From Allosphingosinicella sp. (GTDB taxonomy: Bacteria; Pseudomonadota; Alphaproteobacteria; Sphingomonadales; Sphingomonadaceae), in NCBI GenBank assembly GCA_036554525.1, contig DATBNC010000010.1, forward strand, positions 24,669 through 88,668: a stretch of DNA of 64,000 bases. The letters run 5' to 3'. Below, piece after piece: positions 39,388 through 48,794 of this stretch; the stretch's first letter is position 1; each line of letters opens with the position of its first letter. Position numbers and translations under genes: made by a program. The notes under the pieces are model-generated. The model was not told the DNA's origin, searched no databases, and saw only the letters and a list, made by a program, of their open reading frames with translations.

Positions 39388-40208
39388 AGCGCCGCGCGCT
39401 CCTGTTGCTCGTCCTCGCCGGCTGCGCAGGCCAGGCGGCCGCCGCTGAACCGCCGCCGCTGACCTGGGACAGGCTCAGCGATATGACGCCGGAAGCGGTT
39501 GCCCACGAACTGTTCGGCGCGTTTGGAGACGGCCTCTACCTTGTCGGTGGACAGCTCCCAAAGCGGGGCGATCGGTTCGGCTATCCCCTGCGCCACTTGA
39601 GCTTCCTCAGCCAGCCGCGCGCTTCGTACCGCGCCGGAGTTTGCGAGACCGACTGGATCCAAGTCGAACTCGCGCCGCTGCCGCCGACGCTTGAGCAACT
39701 CGAACCGGGGCTGCGGCCGCGCGCGCCCAAGCTCCACACCAATTACATCGTTCAGGACCTCGCCAAGGTGCGCGACGGCGGCCCTTCGGTGGACGAAATG
39801 CCGGCGCTGGAGGAGGCCTGCGCGGCAATTAACCCGCTTGAGGCGCCAACCATTCTCGCCGAAACCGCCTTCGACATCACCGGCACAGTGGGACACGTCG
39901 CCGATCTGGTGGAGGCGGCGCGCGAGGGCAAAACGACGGCACCTCTCGCCTGCACCGGCGATGAGGGCGCGATGCCGGAGGCCGAGTGCCTGCGCATGCT
40001 GGCGACGCTGAAGCCAGAGACAATCACAACCGCGCACCTGGAGGCCGGCTGCGGGCGCAAGGAAGCGGATGTCTCGTGCCGAACGGCCGGCGCCCGGTAC
40101 ATCGACCGTGAGATCCGAATTGTTTTCGAGACGCGCCGCCGCGGCGGCGGCAAGCCGGCGCGGATCACCGTCGAGATGCTTCCCGACTTGAGCGGGATCA
40201 TCAACTGA
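39384..40208 (+). CDS. Hypothetical lipoprotein
   Basis: TTG at 39384 overlaps the dapD stop (TTGA). [14 protein letters not shown] lipobox and several Cys. No known domain recognised. Confidence 0.5.
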   Translation: MKRRALLLLVLAGCAGQAAAAEPPPLTWDRLSDMTPEAVAHELFGAFGDGLYLVGGQLPKRGDRFGYPLRHLSFLSQPRASYRAGVCETDWIQVELAPLPPTLEQLEPGLRPRAPKLHTNYIVQDLAKVRDGGPSVDEMPALEEACAAINPLEAPTILAETAFDITGTVGHVADLVEAAREGKTTAPLACTGDEGAMPEAECLRMLATLKPETITTAHLEAGCGRKEADVSCRTAGARYIDREIRIVFETRRRGGGKPARITVEMLPDLSGIIN

Positions 40209-40218
40209 CCGGGCGCTG

Positions 40219-40767
40219 CTACCGGCTGGCGGTTTCCCGAAGCAAATCCGCCGCTTCCGCCCCCGTCCAATCCTTGTCCCCCGCGACGCGCCACACCTCA
40301 CGCCCGTCAGCGTCGTAGAGGATGGTGGTGGGGAGGGTGGTGACGCCCAAGGCGCTCATCAGCCCCATTTCGCCGTCCAGCCACGCCTCCAGCGTCCGGT
40401 ACTTACCCTTGCCGAGGAACGCCTCGACCTTGGCCCGGCCTTCGGTGTCCTGGCTCACCGTCAGCACCTGCAGGCGCTTGCCCTCGCGCTCCTGCAGCGC
40501 GTCGAGCGTCGGCAGTTCCTTGACGCAGGGCGCGCACCAGGTCGCCCAGAGGTTGAGCAGCACCGGCGTGCCGCGGAACTCGGCAAGGGTGACTTTCTCC
40601 CCGTCCGAATTTTCGAAAACCGTGTCGGGCGCTGCGCTGCCGGCGCGGGAGCGGTCGACGGCGCCGGCCTTCGCGGCCGCGGGCGCTTCACCTTTGGGCG
40701 GCGGTGCGGGCGCCTCCTTCCCGCAGGCGGCGAGGAGCAGGAGGAGGGGAAAGACGGCGCTGCGCAT
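40219..40767 (-). CDS. TlpA/ResA-like thiol:disulfide oxidoreductase lipoprotein
   Basis: MRSAVFPLLLLLAACG lipobox, thioredoxin fold with NLWATWCAPCVKELP (CxxC). Confidence 0.85.
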   Translation of the reverse strand: MRSAVFPLLLLLAACGKEAPAPPPKGEAPAAAKAGAVDRSRAGSAAPDTVFENSDGEKVTLAEFRGTPVLLNLWATWCAPCVKELPTLDALQEREGKRLQVLTVSQDTEGRAKVEAFLGKGKYRTLEAWLDGEMGLMSALGVTTLPTTILYDADGREVWRVAGDKDWTGAEAADLLRETASR

Positions 40768-40854
40768 GTCGGCGAGGTAAGCGGGCGCCCCCGCCGCGGC
40801 AAGCCACGCTTTTGAGCGTGATTTCGCCGCCGCGCGCGATTAGAGCCTGAGGCG

Positions 40855-41088
40855 ATGAGAAAAGCCGTCCTTGCCCTCGCCCTCCTCGCCGCCGCCTGCG
40901 GCAAGGTCGAGCCGTTGCGGCCGGCCGCCGGCGAAGCGCTTCCGCCCAAGCCCGCCGCGGCGGCGCGGGCGCCGACCACCGACGAGATGCTGACGCCGCC
41001 GCCGATCGCCCGCCCGACCCGCACCGAGGACACGCTTCGCCGTTCGGAAGAGCGCGAGGACGACCGCTTCGACCTTCCGCCGAGCTGA
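40855..41088 (+). CDS. Small Pro/Ala-rich lipoprotein (hypothetical)
   Basis: 77 aa with MRKAVLALALLAAACG lipobox and GAGG 4 nt upstream of the ATG. Low-complexity remainder. Confidence 0.4.
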   Translation: MRKAVLALALLAAACGKVEPLRPAAGEALPPKPAAAARAPTTDEMLTPPPIARPTRTEDTLRRSEEREDDRFDLPPS

Positions 41089-41133
41089 GCCCGCTTAGCC
41101 CCGCACAACCACCCACACCTACCGGAGAGCCCC

Positions 41134-41991
41134 TTGAAACCATTGAAAAAGGCGGTGTTCCCCGTCGCTGGCCTCGGCACCCGCTTCCTTCCCGCCACCA
41201 AGGCGATGCCCAAGGAAATGCTCACCGTGGTCGACCGGCCGTTGATCCAATACGCCCTTGAGGAAGCGCTGGAAGCCGGCATCGAGCAGTTCATCTTCGT
41301 CACCGGCCGCGGCAAGACTGCGCTGGAGGACCATTTCGACATCGGCTTCGAGCTCGAGGCGACCATGCGCGGCCGCGGCAAGGACCTTTCCATCCTCGAT
41401 TCCACCCGCATGCCGGCCGGCGCGATCACGTCCGTGCGCCAGCAGCAGCCTCTGGGTCTCGGCCACGCCGTCTGGTGCGCGCGCGACATCGTCGGTGACG
41501 AACCATTCGCCGTCCTGCTCCCCGACGATCTCATGTTCGGCAAGCCCGGCTGCCTCGCGCAGATGGTCGAGGCCTACAACAAGGTCGGCGGCAACATTGT
41601 TTGCGTCGAAAACGTGCCGCACGAACGCACCGCGAGCTACGGAATCGTCGATCCCGGCGCCACCGACGGCCGCCTTACCCAAGTGCGCGGCCTGGTCGAA
41701 AAACCGAAACCGGAGGAGGCGCCCTCCACCCTCGGCGTCGTCGGCCGCTACATCCTTCAGCCCGAAGTGATGGGGATCCTTGACGCCAAGGAAACCGGCG
41801 CGGGCGGCGAAATCCAGCTCACCGACGCAATGGCCAAGCTGATCGGCTACCAGCCCTTCCACGGCGTAACCGTCGATGCGGAACGCCACGACTGTGGCGA
41901 CAAGGTCGGCTTCGTTAAGGCGAACATCGCCCTTGCGCTGAAGCGCGAAGACGTCGCCCCGGCGATCCGCGAGTATCTGGCGAGCCTGTGA
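41134..41991 (+). CDS. galU: UTP--glucose-1-phosphate uridylyltransferase
   Basis: TTG at 41134 with GGAGAG upstream. KAVFPVAGLGTRFLPATKAMPKEML, ..VRQQQPLGLGHAV.., ..VEKP... Confidence 0.95.
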   Translation: MKPLKKAVFPVAGLGTRFLPATKAMPKEMLTVVDRPLIQYALEEALEAGIEQFIFVTGRGKTALEDHFDIGFELEATMRGRGKDLSILDSTRMPAGAITSVRQQQPLGLGHAVWCARDIVGDEPFAVLLPDDLMFGKPGCLAQMVEAYNKVGGNIVCVENVPHERTASYGIVDPGATDGRLTQVRGLVEKPKPEEAPSTLGVVGRYILQPEVMGILDAKETGAGGEIQLTDAMAKLIGYQPFHGVTVDAERHDCGDKVGFVKANIALALKREDVAPAIREYLASL

Positions 41992-42944
41992 GCTGCACCG
42001 CGCTCCTCGTCGGCGATGGGCCGGTTCGCCCGATCGCGGCGGCGGAGGCGGCGGTCTACGCGGGGCCCGGCTTCGTCTGGCTGCACCTGGACGATGCAAG
42101 CGCCGAGGAGCTCGCCTTTCTCAAGACCGAGGACATTCCCGACATCGCCGCCAACGCGCTGATCGCCACCGAGACCCGCCCCCGCTGCGACCGAATCGAG
42201 GACGGCGCCATCGTCAACCTGCGCGGTCCGGCGACAGTCGAGACAGACGATTCGGACCGGCTGGTCTCGATCCGAATGTGGGTCCGCCGCGGCAAGGTGA
42301 ACAGCGTCACCCGCCGCCCGCTTGCCTCCACGCCCGAAGTGTTCCGCCAAATGGAGGCGGGCCGAATTCTCGATCCCGGCGATCTCGTCGCCGGCTTCGC
42401 CCGGGCAATCTCCAAACAGCTCGATCCGGAGGTCGCCCAGCTCGGCGACACGCTCGACGATTACGAATCGGAGCTGGACGATCCGCGCGCCATCTACCGG
42501 CTGCGTACCGCCATCGCCCGAAGCCGCTCCGACGCGATCGCATACCGCCGGTTCGTTGCCCCTAACCGCGACGCATTGCAGACGCTCGCCGAAATGGACT
42601 TCGACTGGCTGGCCGAGGAAGACCGCCTCCACATCCGCGAAGCCGCCGACCGCTTCGCACGGATGACCGAGGAACTGGAAGCGGTGCGGGAGCGGGCAGC
42701 CTTGCTCCACGAACAGATCACCGACCTTCGCGGCGAGCAGATGGAAAGCCGCTCGCTGTTCATCTCGGTGGTCGCCTTCATCTTCCTGCCGTTGACCTTC
42801 ATCACCGGCCTGCTCGGCATGAACGTCGAGGGCATCCCCTACGCAAAGGAACCCTGGGCCTTTGCGGCGGTGGTCGGGCTGTGCATCCTGATCGGCGCGG
42901 CGGTGCTCGCCTGGTTCATGTACCGCCACTGGCTTAGGAAGTAG
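41988..42944 (+). CDS. CorA-family divalent metal transporter (ZntB-like)
   Basis: GTG at 41988 (GTGA overlap with galU). Two C-terminal TM helices with the GMN motif (ITGLLGMNVEGIP). Confidence 0.85.
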   Translation: MSCTALLVGDGPVRPIAAAEAAVYAGPGFVWLHLDDASAEELAFLKTEDIPDIAANALIATETRPRCDRIEDGAIVNLRGPATVETDDSDRLVSIRMWVRRGKVNSVTRRPLASTPEVFRQMEAGRILDPGDLVAGFARAISKQLDPEVAQLGDTLDDYESELDDPRAIYRLRTAIARSRSDAIAYRRFVAPNRDALQTLAEMDFDWLAEEDRLHIREAADRFARMTEELEAVRERAALLHEQITDLRGEQMESRSLFISVVAFIFLPLTFITGLLGMNVEGIPYAKEPWAFAAVVGLCILIGAAVLAWFMYRHWLRK

Positions 42945-42956
42945 GCGCCGGCAAAG

Positions 42957-43069
42957 CCCCTCCCCTTCAGGGGGAGGGGTTTGGGGAGGGGAATATCCCC
43001 CGCGCCGAAACGTCCGAAGGCTTGCTCAACGACAGGCCCCTCCCCAACCCCTCCCCTAAAGGGGTGGGG
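42957..43069. repeat. GGGGAGGGG nested-palindrome element, copy B (corA-like / ribH convergent spacer)
   Basis: Layout: CCCCTCCCCT-tc-AGGGGGAGGGG (42957-42979), GGGGAGGGG (42983-42991), 45-nt spacer, CCCCTCCCC (43037-43045), CCCCTCCCCT-aa-AGGGGTGGGG (43048-43069). Confidence 0.85.
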
Positions 43070-43077
43070 CTTGAGGC

Positions 43078-43497
43078 TCAGGCAAACCGCTCCCGCAACG
43101 CCAGCATTGCAAGCGCCGCCTTCGCCGCTTCCCCGCCTTTGTCTTTTTCCTCGCGCCGCGCCCGCGCCAAGGCCTGCGCTTCGTTCTCCACGGTGAGGAT
43201 GCCGTTGCCGACCGCGAGGCCGTCCAGCGTCAGCGCCATGATGCCGCGCGCGCTTTCGCCTGCGACGATTTCGAAATGGTAGGTCTCCCCGCGGATCACC
43301 ACGCCGAGCGCGACGAAGGCATCATAGCGCCCGCTCTCGCTGGCGAGCGCAATCGCCGCCGGCACTTCCAGCGCGCCCGGCACCGTCACCGTCTCATGGC
43401 TGTGCCCCGCCGCTTCAATCGCCGTGCGGGCGCCGTCGAGCAGCATGTCGTTCAAATGCTCGTAGAAGCGCGCTTCAACGATTAACAGGTGCGCCAT
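43078..43497 (-). CDS. ribH: 6,7-dimethyl-8-ribityllumazine synthase
   Basis: [49 protein letters not shown]... Confidence 0.95.
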   Translation of the reverse strand: MAHLLIVEARFYEHLNDMLLDGARTAIEAAGHSHETVTVPGALEVPAAIALASESGRYDAFVALGVVIRGETYHFEIVAGESARGIMALTLDGLAVGNGILTVENEAQALARARREEKDKGGEAAKAALAMLALRERFA

Positions 43498-43498
43498 G

Positions 43499-44620
43499 TC
43501 AGTCCTCCAGGGGGATCGGCCGCTCGCCGACGATGGTCAGACCATAGCCGCCGAGCGCGACCGGCGTGTGGTGGGTGTTGGTGAGCAGGATCATGTCCTG
43601 AATGCCCAAAGCCGAGAGGATCTGCGCGCCGCCGCCATAATCGCGAAGCTGCTCCATGTCGGCGGGTCCGCCTCTGCCGGACTTCGCATCCAGGATGGCC
43701 GAGATCGGCACCGCCCGGGTTAGTGCGACGATCACGCCCGCGCCTTCCGCCGCAATCGCCTTCATCGCGCCGCGCAGGAGGCCGCTGCGCGCGCAATTCT
43801 CGCCGAACACGTCTTCAAAAATGCTGAGCTGATGCATGCGCACCAGCACCGGCTTCGAAGCGTCGATCTCCCCCTTCACCAGCACCACGGTCTCGGTACC
43901 GAGCGCCTTGTTGAGAAAGCTCTTCGCAACCCACTTGCCGCCCCAGCAGCTGTCGATCTCGGCTTCCGCCGTCTGCTCGACGAGGTGATCCTTCTTCAGC
44001 CGGTAGGCGATCAGGTCGCGGATCGTGCCGATCTTGAGGCCGTGGAGCTGCGCGAAGGCGACGAGGTCGTCCATCCGCGCCATTGTCCCGTCTTCCTTCA
44101 TGATCTCGCAAATCACGCCCGACGGATTGAGGCCGGCCAGCCGCGAAATGTCCACCGCCGCTTCGGTGTGGCCGGCGCGGATCAGCACGCCGCCGTCCCG
44201 CGCAACGAGTGGAAAGACATGGCCCGGGGTGACGATATGCTCCGCGCCCTTGCCGGCATCGATCGCCACCGAGACAGTGCGCGCCCGGTCCGCCGCCGAA
44301 ATGCCGGTGGTGACGCCGTCGCGCGCTTCGATGGAAGTGGTAAAGGCGGTCTCGTGCCGCGTGCCGTTCTGCCGGCTCATCAGCCCGATGCCGAGCTGGT
44401 CGACCCGCGCCTTTGTCAGCGCGAGGCAGATCAGCCCGCGCCCATGCTTGGCCATGAAGTTGATCGCATCGGGCGTCGCCATTTGGGCTGGGATAACAAG
44501 GTCGCCCTCATTCTCGCGGTCCTCGTCGTCGACCAGGATGAACATGCGGCCGTTGCGCGCTTCGTCGATCAGCTCTTCCGGGCTGGACAGGAAACCGCGT
44601 GTAAGTGGGGAGGTGGCCAT
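43499..44620 (-). CDS. ribB: 3,4-dihydroxy-2-butanone-4-phosphate synthase fused to a GTP-cyclohydrolase-II-like domain that looks inactive
   Basis: ATG at 44620. RibB half is intact ([20 protein letters not shown].., ..RAGHTEA..). In the C-terminal half, [21 protein letters not shown] replaces the VHSECLTGD..RCDCG zinc motif. Confidence 0.88.
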   Translation of the reverse strand: MATSPLTRGFLSSPEELIDEARNGRMFILVDDEDRENEGDLVIPAQMATPDAINFMAKHGRGLICLALTKARVDQLGIGLMSRQNGTRHETAFTTSIEARDGVTTGISAADRARTVSVAIDAGKGAEHIVTPGHVFPLVARDGGVLIRAGHTEAAVDISRLAGLNPSGVICEIMKEDGTMARMDDLVAFAQLHGLKIGTIRDLIAYRLKKDHLVEQTAEAEIDSCWGGKWVAKSFLNKALGTETVVLVKGEIDASKPVLVRMHQLSIFEDVFGENCARSGLLRGAMKAIAAEGAGVIVALTRAVPISAILDAKSGRGGPADMEQLRDYGGGAQILSALGIQDMILLTNTHHTPVALGGYGLTIVGERPIPLED

Positions 44621-45222
44621 CAGCGCCGAAGCTCCAGCATCCGACCGACGTAGCGGGCGAGCAGGTCGATCTCGATATTCACCTTCCGCCCCGCAGCCAC
44701 GTCGGCGAAGGTCGTCTCCTGCGCGGTATGCGGGATGATGTTCACGACGAAGCGCACGCCGTCCGAAATCGCCTCCACCTCGTTCACGGTCAGCGACACG
44801 CCGTCGAGCGCGACCGAGCCCTTGGCGGCGATATATTGCTCTGCCGACTGGGGAGCGACGATGGCCACGCGCACCGAACCGCCGACTTCCGCCGCGCTTT
44901 CCACTTCGCCAACGCCGTCGACATGGCCGGTCACGATATGCCCGCCAAGCTCGTCGCCGACTCGAAGCGCCCGCTCCAGGTTCAGTTTCGCGCCCTCCTG
45001 CCAGAGGCCCGGCGCGCTGCGCGATAGGGTTTCGGCCGAAACATCGACCGCGAACCAGTCGGCGCCCTTGTCGACCACCGTCAGGCACACGCCCGAACAG
45101 GAGATGGACGCACCGAGGTCGACGCCCGCCATGTCGTAGCCGCAGCCGATGGTCAGGCGGAGGTCGCCGCGCTGCTCGACGCTGCGAACCCGCCCCACAT
45201 CCGTGATGATTCCGGTGAACAT
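44620..45222 (-). CDS. ribE: Riboflavin synthase (alpha chain)
   Basis: MFTGIITDVGRV.. and the duplicated lumazine-binding repeat (..GASISCSGVCLTV.. / ..GSVALDGVSLTV..). Its stop shares 1 nt with the ribB start. Confidence 0.95.
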   Translation of the reverse strand: MFTGIITDVGRVRSVEQRGDLRLTIGCGYDMAGVDLGASISCSGVCLTVVDKGADWFAVDVSAETLSRSAPGLWQEGAKLNLERALRVGDELGGHIVTGHVDGVGEVESAAEVGGSVRVAIVAPQSAEQYIAAKGSVALDGVSLTVNEVEAISDGVRFVVNIIPHTAQETTFADVAAGRKVNIEIDLLARYVGRMLELRR

Positions 45223-45333
45223 GAAGCGCCCTTAGCGCCTCCCCCCGCGCCTGTCGAAACCTTCCGAAACACGCTCCACAGGCCCAACTTTCGTTTCCGT
45301 TACGTTCCGCCTTGTGCTACGCTGCCAGGCCCA

Positions 45334-48054
45334 ATGGCCGATCTCCCTTACCCTGCGCTTCACGCCACCCATGGCGGCATCTGGCTTGCCACGCCGCAAG
45401 GGGAGCTGCGCGGCCTTGGCCGCGGCGAGGCGATCTCCTGCGCCGCGGAAACGCCGGCGATCATGCTCAACGCGCCGCTCATCGGGCAGCGGCTCGGTTA
45501 CCCTGAGCTGTCCGGCCTCGACCTGCTCGAGCTCTTCGCCTTCGTTCACCCTGCGCGCTTCGCGGTGCCGACGCCCAAGGGCATCGCCCACGCTCTCGGC
45601 CTCGCCGCGCCGGAGACCGACGCCGACGCCGCGCCCTTCCTGCGCGAGGCCGCCGCGCACCTGCTCGCCACGCTGGAAATCGACTGGCCGGAGCGCGAAG
45701 GCGCCTGGGCGTCGGCGCAGGCGCTTTGGCGGCTGCGTTGGACTTGGGCACCGGTGGTGGCCCAGCATCTCAAGCGACCCGAGAAGGACGAGCGCTGGCT
45801 CTTCTCGCGCCTCCCCGAATGGGAGGAAGGCTCCGCCCGGCCGGAGCCGGCACCGGCACGAGTGAGCGAGGAGGAAGCGCTTGAGCGGCTCGCCACCCTC
45901 GTCGGAAGCCAGGCGGAGGTGCGCGAAGGCCAGCGCCTCTACGCCGCCGCCGCCGCCGCCGCCTTTGTCCCCCGCCGCGCCGAGGGGCAGCCTAACATGC
46001 TGCTCGCCGAAGCGGGCACCGGCATCGGCAAGACATTGGGCTACCTCGCGCCCGCGTCGGTTTGGGCGGAGAAAGCCAATGGCGCCGTCTGGGTCTCCAC
46101 CTACACCAAGGCGCTGCAACGCCAGCTCGACCGCGAGGGCCTCCGCCTCTTTCCCGACGCGGAGGAGCGCAAGCGGCGGATCGTCGTCCGCAAGGGCCGC
46201 GAGAACTACCTCTGCCTCCTCAACCTCGAAGACGCGCTGCAGGGCGGTTTCGCCGGCCGCGCCGCGATCCTGGCCCAGCTCGTCGCCCGCTGGGCGGCTT
46301 ATTCCAAGGACGGCGACATGGTCGGCGGCGACTTGCCCGGCTGGCTCTCCACCCTGTTCCGCCGCGCCGGCTCCACCGCGCTGACCGACCGGCGGGGCGA
46401 GTGCGTTTACGCCGGCTGCCCGCACTACCGGAAATGCTTCATTGAGCGCTCCGCCCGGGCAAGCGCCGACGCCGACCTGGTGATCGCCAACCACGCCCTC
46501 GTCATGGTCAACGCAGCGCGCGGCCGCGACAATCCGCCGACCCGGATCGTGTTCGACGAGGGCCATCACCTGTTCGACGCCGCCGACTCCACCTTCGCTA
46601 CCGCGCTGACGGGGCAGGAGACGATCGAGCTTCGCCGCTGGCTGATGGGCCCCGAAGGCAAGACCCGCGGCCGCCGCCGCGGCCTTGCCGCGCGGCTGAT
46701 GGATGTCGCCTCTTACGACGAAGGCGGCGCAATGGCGCTCGACGCCGCGGTGCAGGCGGCCGGGCTCCTTCCCTCCGACGGCTGGCTGCAGCGCATCGCG
46801 GAAGGACAGCCGTTCGGCCCGGTCGAGAAGCTCCTCGCCGCTGTGCGCGGCACGGTTTACGCGCGCACCACCTCGGGCGATGCGGGCTACGGCATCGAGA
46901 CGGAGATGGCCGAGCTCGACGCCGATATTGTCGAAGCCGCCGCCCCCGCAGCCCAAGCGCTCGAACAGCTCCTCCGTCCCCTCATCGCGCTCGGCAAACG
47001 GCTGGAAGCGGTGCTGGAGGACGCGCCCGATTGGCTCGACGCCCCGGCGCGCGCCCGGATCGAAGGCGCGATCGGCGGCCTGTCCTGGCGTGCGCAGACC
47101 CTGGCTGGCTGGATAGCGCTTGCGGCGCGGCTCGGCGGCCCGATCGATCCCGACTTCGTGGATTGGCTCGCGGTCGATCGCGTGGATGGCCGCGAATATG
47201 ATATCGGCCTCCACCGCCGCTGGCTGGACCCGACCCGCCCGCTCGCCGAAACGGTGCTGAAGCCCGCCCACAACGTCGTCGTCACCTCCGCCACCCTGCG
47301 CGGCGCGGAGGATTGGGGCGCCGCCGAAGCGCGCACCGGCGCCTGCCATCTTTCCGCCCCCGGCGCCGCCCGCTTCGAAGCGGCGAGCCCCTTCGATTAT
47401 GCGGGAAGCGCCGAAGTGCTGATCGTCACCGACCTGAAGCGCGGCGACGTGCCCGCGCTCGCCGGCGCCTATGCCCGGCTGATCGAGGCTGCAGGAGGGG
47501 GAACATTGGGACTATTCACCGCCATCCAGCGGATGAAGGCGGTCCACGCCCGCATCGCGGACCGCCTCGCCCGCGCTGGGCTCCCCCTCTACGCCCAGCA
47601 TGTCGATCCGATCGATACCGGCACGTTGGTCGACATCTTTCGCGACGACGCCCGCGCCTCCCTGATCGGCACCGACGCGCTTCGCGACGGCGTCGACGTC
47701 CCCGGCCACTCGCTCCGTCTGGTGGTGATGGAGGGGGTCCCCTGGCCGCGCCCGACGGTGCTCCACGCCGCCCGCCGCGCCGCCGCCGGCGGCAGCGGCT
47801 ATGACGACCGCGTGGTCCGCGCCCGCCTGGCCCAGGCGTTCGGCCGCCTCATCCGCCGCGAGGGCGACAAGGGCACCTTCGTCCTTCTCTCCTCCGCGAC
47901 CCCGTCCCGCCTGCTCACCGCCTTCCCGCCGGGCGTCGCGATCCGCCGCGTCAGCCTATCGGAAGCGATCGAGCGGGTGCGCGCGCGGCTTTCCATCGAC
48001 GCGCAGTTGGTGCAAGGCCTCGCGCCGGAGAGACGGCCCGAAGAGGCGCAATGA
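45334..48054 (+). CDS. DinG/Rad3-family ATP-dependent DNA helicase
   Basis: 906 aa. Walker A AEAGTGIGKTLGYL, DEGH box (VFDEGHHL), a four-Cys segment between them (..YLCLLN..ECVYAGCPHYRKC..) and C-terminal helicase motifs (..GTDALRDGVDVPG..). Confidence 0.85.
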   Translation: MADLPYPALHATHGGIWLATPQGELRGLGRGEAISCAAETPAIMLNAPLIGQRLGYPELSGLDLLELFAFVHPARFAVPTPKGIAHALGLAAPETDADAAPFLREAAAHLLATLEIDWPEREGAWASAQALWRLRWTWAPVVAQHLKRPEKDERWLFSRLPEWEEGSARPEPAPARVSEEEALERLATLVGSQAEVREGQRLYAAAAAAAFVPRRAEGQPNMLLAEAGTGIGKTLGYLAPASVWAEKANGAVWVSTYTKALQRQLDREGLRLFPDAEERKRRIVVRKGRENYLCLLNLEDALQGGFAGRAAILAQLVARWAAYSKDGDMVGGDLPGWLSTLFRRAGSTALTDRRGECVYAGCPHYRKCFIERSARASADADLVIANHALVMVNAARGRDNPPTRIVFDEGHHLFDAADSTFATALTGQETIELRRWLMGPEGKTRGRRRGLAARLMDVASYDEGGAMALDAAVQAAGLLPSDGWLQRIAEGQPFGPVEKLLAAVRGTVYARTTSGDAGYGIETEMAELDADIVEAAAPAAQALEQLLRPLIALGKRLEAVLEDAPDWLDAPARARIEGAIGGLSWRAQTLAGWIALAARLGGPIDPDFVDWLAVDRVDGREYDIGLHRRWLDPTRPLAETVLKPAHNVVVTSATLRGAEDWGAAEARTGACHLSAPGAARFEAASPFDYAGSAEVLIVTDLKRGDVPALAGAYARLIEAAGGGTLGLFTAIQRMKAVHARIADRLARAGLPLYAQHVDPIDTGTLVDIFRDDARASLIGTDALRDGVDVPGHSLRLVVMEGVPWPRPTVLHAARRAAAGGSGYDDRVVRARLAQAFGRLIRREGDKGTFVLLSSATPSRLLTAFPPGVAIRRVSLSEAIERVRARLSIDAQLVQGLAPERRPEEAQ

Positions 48055-48587
48055 AGACGCTGACCCTGCTGCGCCACGCCCGGTCCGACTGGGACGACCA
48101 GGTGCAGCGCGATTTCGACCGGCCCCTGAACCCCCGCGGCCGCCGCGCCGCGCGCACCGTGGGGCGGGAGATGAAGCGGCTGGGCCTCGCCTTCGACCAC
48201 TGCATCGCCTCCCCCGCAGTCCGCGTGCGCGAGACGCTGGCGGAAGTGGAAGCCGCCTTTGGGCCGCTCGAGCCGCGCTTCGACCAGCGCATCTACCTCG
48301 CCGATCCCGACACTTTACTCGACCTCGTCCGTGCCGCACCGGAGGAGGCGACAAGCCTCCTCCTCGTCGGCCACAATCCCGGGCTCGAAATGCTTGCGCT
48401 GAGCCTCGCCGCCCGAGGCGCAAGCCCGCTGATCGGCGAAGTGGAAGTGAAATACCCCACCGGCACCCTCGCCGAACTTAGTCTTCCCGTGGAACGCTGG
48501 GCGGACGTCACCGAAGGCCGAGCCCAACTCATCCGCTTCATCCGCCCAAGAGACCTCGACCCGAACCTCGGCCCCGACAGCGTCTAA
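48051..48587 (+). CDS. Histidine phosphatase family protein (SixA-like)
   Basis: MKTLTLLRHARSDW..RPLNPRGRR.. (RHG-type motif), ..LVGHNPG... ATGA overlap with the helicase gene. Confidence 0.8.
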   Translation: MKTLTLLRHARSDWDDQVQRDFDRPLNPRGRRAARTVGREMKRLGLAFDHCIASPAVRVRETLAEVEAAFGPLEPRFDQRIYLADPDTLLDLVRAAPEEATSLLLVGHNPGLEMLALSLAARGASPLIGEVEVKYPTGTLAELSLPVERWADVTEGRAQLIRFIRPRDLDPNLGPDSV

Positions 48588-48588
48588 A

Positions 48589-48726
48589 ATCCTCCCCTGA
48601 CAAGGGGAGGGGGACCATGCGCAGCATGGTGGAGGGGTATCAGCCTAATCGATTACGCAGCGCCCGCGAATACGCTGATACCCCTCCGTCAGGCTTCGCC
48701 TGCCACCTCCCCTTCAAGGGGAGGAT
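48589..48726. repeat. Composite palindromic element, copy C (related CCTCCCCT..AGGGGAGG terminal hairpins)
   Basis: AT-CCTCCCCT-gaca-AGGGGAGG (48589-48610) and CCTCCCCT-tca-AGGGGAGG-AT (48706-48726) form the termini. Internally there are ACCATGC-gca-GCATGGT and a perfect 14-bp pair, GGAGGGGTATCAGC (48631-48644) / GCTGATACCCCTCC (48674-48687). Confidence 0.8.
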
Positions 48727-48732
48727 CGATGA

Positions 48733-48768
48733 CAAAGAAAAAGGCGCGGAAGCTTCTGCCTCCGCGCC
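48733..48768 (-). terminator. Rho-independent terminator of rplT (usable from both strands)
   Basis: GGCGCGGA-(10 nt)-TCCGCGCC, a perfect 8-bp stem (48743-48768). On the minus strand it is followed by TTTTTCTTTG. Confidence 0.6.
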
Positions 48769-48794
48769 TCTCCTATTTCAGCTCAGCGATAGGC

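Noticed and set aside
45223-45333. Possible FMN riboswitch upstream of ribE-ribB-ribH
   Set aside because: Only 111 nt separate ribE from the divergent helicase gene. I could not find the conserved FMN-element helices. ribD likewise starts by overlapping the preceding ORF, so it has no leader.
45232-47349. 705-aa ORF on the - strand
   Set aside because: It is antisense to the DinG-like helicase, whose Walker A and DEGH motifs fix the coding strand.
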